A stretch of DNA of 64,000 nucleotides, taken from the human T2T-CHM13v2.0 reference genome, Homo sapiens. A program made the position numbers and the translations under genes. Below are positions 56,505-64,000 of this stretch, in pieces. The notes under the pieces are model-generated. The model did not search any database. It saw nothing but the letters and a program-made list of their open reading frames with translations, and was not told the DNA's origin. The DNA lies in NCBI RefSeq assembly GCF_009914755.1, contig NC_060926.1, one strand, 5' to 3'. Each line of letters opens with the position of its first letter. Position 1 is the stretch's first letter.

Positions 56505-56636
56505 GTATTTTCTCACATATAAAATGGAGAGAGTAATACTACCTTAGAGTTTGTGTGAGGATTAAATGAGATAGTATATGTAAAATGCTTAGCAATATCC
56601 AGTATATTCAATAAATGTTAGCTGTTATTGTTATTA
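56505..56636 (+). mobile_element. MIR 3' half
   Basis: GTGAGGATTAAATGAGATAGTATATGTAAAATGCTTAGCA...TCAATAAATGTTAGCTGTTATT. Confidence 0.8.
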
Positions 56637-59600
56637 TCTGAAGTTTCCTTGACTAGGCACTGCATTCCTTGCTAATTTGTTCTTATGAGTTATTTATTAA
56701 CCTCTTATCTAAGTTTTAAAAATCTATTTTCCTGATTATTAGAATATTTTATTTCCCCTTTTATGCTTAAACATATTTTAGTCATATATTTAAGCTTCTA
56801 AGCTTTATTTTCGTTAGCTAAATTCCATAGCCCTATTTACATGTGGAACACACTACAGGAGAGTTGAGGTAAGAGACATGTTTAATAATTCAAGTACATC
56901 AGTTACTAAATGACATGCTCTTAACTGCTGTATACCATAGTTATGCAAAATATCTCAAAATGTGTGCCTTTGAAGAGTGAACCCCATTCACTTCTCAAAA
57001 TAATTTTGTCTGATGCAGAAGAGCTGGTTCAGATATGCATTAGAGACGTGATATTAAGAATTCCTCTAATATGACTGTTTATGATAATAGAAGATAACTA
57101 CAATGCATTTTAAAGCAGTAAAGAAACCAGTAATATATTTCTTCAGGTATTAATAAGGATGACCCACTTTGCTAAAATTGAAATGCAGAAGTGCATTTTA
57201 GATATAAAATAATGTGAATGTTTTAAAGAGAATGGTATCACATTTTGGAAATTTAGAATTCAGAAGAAAAAAAAAATATTCCTAGCATCAAAATTCTACC
57301 TTTTGAAACAGACCAGCAGAGTGGCATTAAGTATCTCTACAGGGTATTACAGTGATCTAAAACATTCAATTGGCAGTTAATTTGTATATGAGGAATTTCT
57401 TTAAAGTGGCAATAATTTTTGGAAATTTTGCTTTTAAGCTAATATATTCTATTCACATGACAGTGATCACAGACTTGCTTTTACCAGAACAAGTTGTACC
57501 AAGAGTTGTGGCCATCGGACTTTGGAGAGTGCTTTAGACATGAGAGACAGTGATGTGTTGGAAACTTCACTTCCAGTCAAGAGCATGGGTTGTTACTCCC
57601 ACTGTTACTTGCTTGTTTCAGGAAAGTAGCATAAGCACTTTTTGTATCAGTTTCCCTGTTTGATTCAACAGAGAATAATATGTGTCCTGTTGATATCAAG
57701 ATTGTTATAAGTAATAAATGAGGCAATGTATGTAAAATCCATGGGATATTTCACTTTGATCGGTAAACATAGTTTATCAAGACAAAATCTAGCTCTCATC
57801 TGCATATACTCCATGCCAACCCAATTTCTCTGATTGTTGTTATAAAAAGCAAATGAAGAAAAGTTTTTAAAATTATTATATGAAGCTACAATTAGAAGCT
57901 ATTATTTTATGAAGACTCACTGGCAGTAGTGGGGGATAGTTTAATGGAGGGACTGTTTGCTTTCTTGGATGAACCATTTTCTCACTCCTGGAGCCATTAT
58001 GTGTGTTGAGCAGTTGGTTCATGTGATGTTTTATGCTGAAATAGCAAATTAGTATTTGTATTGGTCTCTACAGATAAAACGTATTCTAACCCCATTAATG
58101 GGATTATTCCCACTGATGGATTTGTGTTCTAAATATTATGAATTTATCTTCTGTGTCTGGACACTAGTGATTTGGAACAAATAACAATATTATGAGTGCA
58201 AGAGTCTATGCTTACTCTGAAGATGGCTGGCAGAGAGGGACAGAAAAAAATCCTCTTAATTTGTACAGTGGATTGGAAATGAAACTTGACCTCTATTATG
58301 TCTCACTTTCTTCACTTTTTAAAAAGGGGTAGCCGTATTTGGTTCTCTCACTGGAGTGGCACACAAATTAACTTGCTAACGATCATAAAATGCGTGAAAA
58401 TTCAAAAGACTTTCTATAGATTTCTCATGAATACAGCTCTGGAGCAAAAACTAGGGACAGTCAGTCCATTTTAAAGATCATCAACCTTAGAGTCCATTTA
58501 CAGTCCATGTTAAAGTCTCCCATAAGCATAGTGGGAAACAGCTTAACTACTTTTAAGAAGTTCTTGAAACACTTTTGTGAATGTGTATACTAAAACACTT
58601 TTTATGGACTTTCCGAGACTGATAATTTTTTCTAACCAAATTAATATCCAGTCATTTGTGTAACAGCAAAGGAGATAAATTCCACTTGAATATAAATGTG
58701 GGGTATAAGCCCTCATCTCACCAATTAAGCATGAGGACCAGAGTGCCATTCAAGGAATAACAAGGTTATGTATTTAATTAATCTCTAGGCAAGGAAAAAA
58801 CTCACATCATCATTATTTTTATTATTACATCAATTATAAAGTTATTTGTCAAAATCTCCATACAAAGGTCACCAGTGAAATATGTTGATTATTCAAAGCT
58901 GACCTCTATAAATTTGCTGAATAAGAGAGAACACATTCTTCCCAGGGTCTGAGTGTGGTCTCCAAAAGGAGATATATTAAGGATACTTATCAGCCTAAGA
59001 GAACTGGGGTTAGTGAAAGCTGATTTTAGGTCAGAATTAGAAAGCATAGTAGTGGATACAGATTGGTCGAGGTTTATAAACCATATGAGTTTCTGAAACA
59101 GTTATAATCTTCTCTTTGAAATATGTAAACTGTGAAACATGAAATACTGACATGCAGAGTTAGTATTACTCTGGTCTTTTCCTGTATGATGGCTCTGTGA
59201 AGCTGGTTTTAAAGTAACTGGAGCTTAGATACTTCTGCTGCATATTATGTTTGCTATAGTTTATCTTCTTTGCAAGTCATAATATATTTTGCAACTTGTA
59301 GTTGATTGTATTTCTCAGTCCCAGTCCTACCCTACTTCTGGTTATACTTCAGTCTAAGTTGAAGAATAGACCATCATTATTTTAAAGGAACAAGATCAAT
59401 CAAGATCTTCACTGCAACTTGATGTTTCATGATTGTGTGTCAAGTGTTTTAAGATACTTGTATGATTTGTGTAAGTGCTGGACCTTTTTTGTTCTGTTAG
59501 ATGATCATATTTTTGAAATATTCAGTTTGATAGTAATCACAGAGCAGCATTTATGATTCTGGGTATCCAACACTTGGTGACTGAAACACAGATAAATGTT

Positions 59601-60974
59601 AAAAGCTTTCTTGAATAACCAGTGGCTTATTTAGTGCTGCTTTCAAGATCTATTGTAAGGCGGGTCTGGTGGTAATCAACTCCCTCAGAATTTGCTTATC
59701 TAAAAAAATAATCTTACTTCTCCTTTGCATAGGAAGCTTAGTTTGGCTGGATATGAAATTACTGGTTGAATATTTTTTTTAAGAATGTTGAATATAGGCC
59801 CTCAATCTCTTCTGGCTGGTAGGGTTTCAGCTGAGAGGTCTGCTGTTATTCTAATGGGGTTCCCTTCGTAGGTGACCTGTCCTTCCTCTCTTGCTGCCTT
59901 TAACAGTCTTTCTTTCATTTCAACTTTAGAAAATGTGATGATTATGTGTCTTGGGGATAATCTTGCATAGACTTGCAGAGGTTCTCTGTATTTCCTGAAT
60001 TTGACTGCTGGCCTCTCTAGTGAGGTTGGGGTTCTTTTCATGGATGATATTCTGAAATATGTTTTCCAAGTTGTTTGCTTTCTCCTCATCCCTTCCAGGG
60101 ATGCCATAGATTTGGCCTCTTTACATAATCCCATATTTCTCAGAAGTTTTGTTCATCATTTTTCTTTTTTTCCTCCTTATTTTTTTCTGACTGTCTTATT
60201 TCAGAAAGCCAGTCTTCAAGTTTAGTGATGCTTCCCTCAGCTTGGTCTGTTCTGCTGTTAATACTTGTGATTGCATTATGAAATTCTTGTAGTGTGTTTT
60301 TCAGATTTATCAGATCAGTTAGGCTCTTTTTTATACTGGCTATTTTGTCTGTCAGCTCTTATATTATTTTACTGTGATTATTAGTTTCCTTGGATTGGGT
60401 TTTGACATCTCCTGAATCTCAATGATCTTCATTTCTATCTATTTTCTGAATTCTGTTTCCTTCATGTCAGCCAACTCGCCCTGCTTAAGAACCCTTGTTG
60501 AAGTAGTGTAGTCGCTTGTAAGACTTAAGACACTCTGGCCATTTGAGTTGTTGGAGTTCTTGAATTGGTTCTTATCTCTGTATCAGTGTTCCTTTAACTG
60601 TGGTGTAGATTGAGTACAGTTAGTAGACTTCTGTATGTTTTCAGAGGGTTGAGGCTTTGTGCAGGGTAATTTTTGAAACAGACTTCTTGTCTTTGGTTTC
60701 ACATGGGGTCATGCTAGTGAGGTAAGTTTTGTGTTAAAGCTTTGGGGTGTGATCCAGTAGGTGGTGGTTAGACATACTGGTCAGTTGGTAGACTCTTTCT
60801 CAGTTGAGTGGCTCCCCTACATTCTTTCACAGTTGCAGTCGTGTTCCCTCTCTATGCTCTGAAAGTGTGGGCTCCTCTCCCACTTGAGCGTGGACTATAC
60901 ATCACAGCTTGGCTGGGCCAGGAGTGATCTCAGGGTTTATGTTTCCTCCCCAACTTGGAGACAGCAGATGAAGG

Positions 60975-61875
60975 GACCTTAGCAGTGGTGTGGCCAAGGG
61001 TCTTTTAGTTGTCTCCTGGGGGACCCACTCGAGAGATGCAGGTCAGCAATTGCTCAGTGCCATCAGCCTGAGATGGGAGATTGGTGCTATGGGCCCAAGC
61101 CAGGGGTTCCCTCCCTAGTGATGAGCAGTGGGTGGGACCCATGGGAGGCAGACTGGCCTCCTCTCCTTGGGTCAACTGCAGCTCGTTGGAGGTGTGGATA
61201 GGACAATTAGGGTCTTTGCTCCTTCATTAGTCCAAGTATAGCGGGGTTAGTACCACCGCAGAAGCAGTGGCAGAGGGGCTTTTGGTTGTCCCTGGGGGCT
61301 CCACCTCTGAGAAATGTGGAGCTGTTAGTTACTGAGAGTTTAGCCAGTGAGGTGAGGCACCTGTACTGCTTGGGGTTTACTTGTTGGGGACAAGAGGGAT
61401 GAGTACTCACTGGGAGGAAAGACTAGTCTCCTCTCCATATGGTGACTGTGGTGTGCTACAGCCTCAGGTGTAGCCCTCAGGCTCTTTGTTTCTTTCCCCA
61501 TATCAATGGTAGGAGGGATAGAACCACTGCTGTGGCAGGGGCAGAGGTGCTGTTGGATACCTCTGGGATTCTCTCCCCAGGGAAATTCTGGGTCACTACA
61601 ACTGGGTATGTTTAGCCATGGGGTGGGGGTAACTGTTCTGTTGTCATGAGCCAAGGGCCCTGCCTGGTGAATAGTGGGAGGTAGGGGTTCCCAGGGAAGA
61701 GAGGCTGGACTCCTCTCTGTATAATGTCTGCAGTGTGCCAGCAGTGCCAGCATAGTGACTAGGCTCTTTGTTCCCTCCCCAGCCCAACGGCTATTTGGGT
61801 GATACCCTACAACTGCAGTGGTAGAGGAGCTGTGAGTTTACTCTGGGATATCCTCCTTGGAGAAATGCTGGACAG
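60975..61875. repeat. Diverged ~275-bp monomer array type A (about 3.3 copies) in the L1 5' region
   Basis: Recurring anchors: GACTGGCCTCCTCTCC variants near 61152/61421/61702, and CTGGG...GARATG/GAAATT variants near 61015/61290/61560/61842. Confidence 0.75.
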
Positions 61876-61899
61876 CCTCTGATTCAGGTGATCAGGCAG

Positions 61900-63410
61900 A
61901 AGCAGAGTGGCTGTACTGGTGTTGCAAGTCGGGTGGCCCTACCCAGTAAGAAGTGAAGACTGGGACCTGCACAGAGAGCAGTGCAGTCACTTTTCCATGA
62001 GTTGAGTGCTCTGTGCTGGGGGTCTGCACCAGCCTATAGTCCCTGCAGACTCTCCAGAGCCTGAAGACAGCAATGGCAAGGGTGGTGAGACAGCAAACAT
62101 GGCAACATGCCCACTGAGAGCTCTGTGCCAGAAAGTTGAAGTGCTGCTACTGGCTAAATAGCCCTAGTAGAGGGTGGCTGGAGACTCAGGCTGGAAGAAA
62201 TGGGATCGGGGACCCACAAAACAAACAGTCTGGCCACTTTTCTGGAGGGTTGCTGCAGTATGTTGGGGGTCAGCTCCAGTCTCTAGTCACCTAAGATTTT
62301 CCAGCATCTGAAGGTATCAACAGTGAAAGGTGTGAAACAGCAAAGATAGAGGCCCGCCCCTCCCTCTGTGAGCTCCATCCTAGGGTGGTACAAAATTGAT
62401 GCTGGCCCTAACACACCGGCAGGAAGTGGCTGGAGACCCTAGTCAGGAGATCCCACCCAGTGAGGAGGAATGGGATCAGGGACCCACATAAAAATACCAG
62501 TTTGGCCACTTTTCTGTAGGGCAGCTGTGCTGTGCTGGGGTCTGCTGCATCCCCTGGTCACCTCAGACTCTCTACAGCCTGAAGGCAACAACATCTAAAC
62601 ATGTTTGTTGTTAAACGGCAAAGACAACGGCCTTGCCCTCCCTGTGGGAACTCTGTCTCAGGGAGGTTTGAAACTGCTGCTGGCTGGAAGACACTGGGAT
62701 GGGTGGCTGGAGACTCTGGTTGGGAGGCCTTGCCCATTAAGGAGGAATGGGATCAGGGACCTGCTTTAAAAAAGGAGTCTGATCTCTTTTTCTTAGAGCC
62801 ATTGCGCTGTGTTGGGGTCCACTCCAGCCACTAGTCACTTCAGACTCTCCAAAGCCTGAAGGCAATAGTGACTAAGGCTCTAAAACAGCAAATATGGTGG
62901 CCCACCCCTCCCTCTGGGAGCTCCGTTCCAGGGAGGTATGAAACTGCTGCTGGCCAGAAAACACCAGCAGGGGTGATTGTAGACCTTGGTCAGGAGATTT
63001 TGCCATTGAAGTGAGATCTGGGATGCATGTGAAAAAGCAGTCTGGTCACTTCTTTGTAGAACTGTTGCACTGTGCTAGGGGACCACTCAGTCCCTAGTTG
63101 CTGCCCACTCCCTAGAGCCCAAAGGCAACAATGGCTAAAACTGTGAAAGAGCAAAGATGGCAGTCCATCCCTCTCCCTGGGAGCTCCATCCCAGGGAGGT
63201 TCAGAATCACTGCCAGCTGGAAAATAGCAGTGAGGGTAGCTTGAGACCCTGAGTTGGGAGGTCCTACCCAGTAAGGAAAAGTATGGTCAGGGGCCCAAAT
63301 AAAAAAGCTGTCTGGCCACTTCTCTATAGGTCAGCTGCAATGAAGGCAACAAAGGCTAAGGATGCCACACAGCAAAGATGGCGGCTTACCTCTCCCTCTG
63401 GGAACTCCAA
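61900..63410. repeat. Diverged ~270-bp monomer array type B (about 5.5 copies) in the L1 5' region
   Basis: AATGGGATCAGGGACC...AGTCTGGCCACTT-like anchor near 61960, 62199, 62469, 62746, 63010 and 63280. Confidence 0.85.
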
Positions 63411-63659
63411 ATCAGATGAGTGTAATGCTGCTACTGGTGACTGGCTGGAGCTCCAAGTCAGTGGGTCTTATCCTCTGAGGTGCTACAGAATCAGGGCCCT
63501 CAGACCATTGCTGCCTAGTCCCGTGGATTCAGTCATTTTCCTATGGGTATGTATGGGGGTCTAAGCCCCTACTCTGCCAGAGCTGTAGCCACTTTTGCTG
63601 GGAAGCCTGGGTATCTAAAGCTCCTGGGTCTCCATGTGTGCCTGAGCATTTGCTCTACT

Positions 63660-64000
63660 AAGACTCTGCATAGCTGTGTGTGTCAGCCTGAAAGCCCTTG
63701 TGAAGTGGGTTCATGAGGGGCTCTCCTGACCTGAGAGTTGCAGATATCCTTGGAAGAAGTGTGGATCCTTGGGGTCCCTCATTCACTCATTACTTCCCTG
63801 GACAGTGGAGTCTCCCCTGGCTCCATGTTACTTTCAGGTCAAGACTCCGCATAGCTCTGTGTGTCCACCTGAAGGCCCTTGTGAAGTGGGTTCATGAGAG
63901 GCTCTCCTGACCTGAGAGTTGCAGATATCCATGGAAGAAGCCTGGGTCCCTCATTCATTCACCACTTCCCTGGACAGTGGAGTCTCCACTGGCTCCATGT
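63660..64000. repeat. 181-bp tandem duplication (second copy truncated by the window edge)
   Basis: AAGACTC.GCATAGCT...GCCCTTGTGAAGTGGGTTCATGAG...CTGACCTGAGAGTTGCAGATATCC starts at 63660 and again at 63841. Confidence 0.92.

Larger units (their letters stand above)
59628..64000 (-). mobile_element. Old primate L1 (L1PA13-16/L1PB-like): decayed ORF1 plus long repetitive 5' region, running off the window; ORF2 and 3' end absent
   Basis: ORF 59802-60134 gives ORF1p-like PRHIIITFSKVEMKERLLKAAREEGQVTYEGNPIRITADLSAETL. A GC-richer 5'UTR-type sequence follows to the window end. Confidence 0.88.

Noticed and set aside
61207-63910. Several 65-137 aa ORFs in the GC-richer right end
   Set aside because: They lie in the repetitive L1 5' region, where higher GC lengthens chance ORFs.

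Overview
AT-rich primate, most likely human or great-ape, genomic DNA. AluS/AluY, L1PA, MER11, LTR8 and MLT2A1 elements make the origin clear. The window reads as a long intron or intergenic region. I can support no intact protein-coding gene, structural RNA gene, CpG island or CRISPR array, and nearly all listed ORFs are chance or repeat-derived. The exceptions are an uninterrupted 286-aa C-terminal L1 ORF2 fragment in a young L1PA2/3 copy and a decayed L1 ORF1. The content is mainly Alus, several L1s, solo LTRs (some with clean target-site duplications), L2/MIR relics, hAT DNA-transposon relics and microsatellites. Five things go beyond this annotation. (i) Three frame-compatible minus-strand mini/micro-exon candidates (17+55+21 nt). 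(ii) A minus-strand polypyrimidine-AG|GTAAG site resembling a recursive splice site. (iii) Three independent local templated-insertion scars: a 28-bp perfect palindrome repeated in tandem inside an old L1, a two-donor direct+inverted composite copy, and an ancient ~180-bp copy inserted into an L2. (iv) An old L1 with a >3 kb 5' region built from two different ~270-bp monomer arrays but lacking ORF2 and its 3' end. (v) Candidate regulatory modules: a convergent CTCF-like pair, MER11 GATA/DR1 repeats and an MLT2A1 splice donor. I could not identify the host gene. Repeat subfamily names are from memory of consensus sequences, and boundaries of old repeats are approximate.
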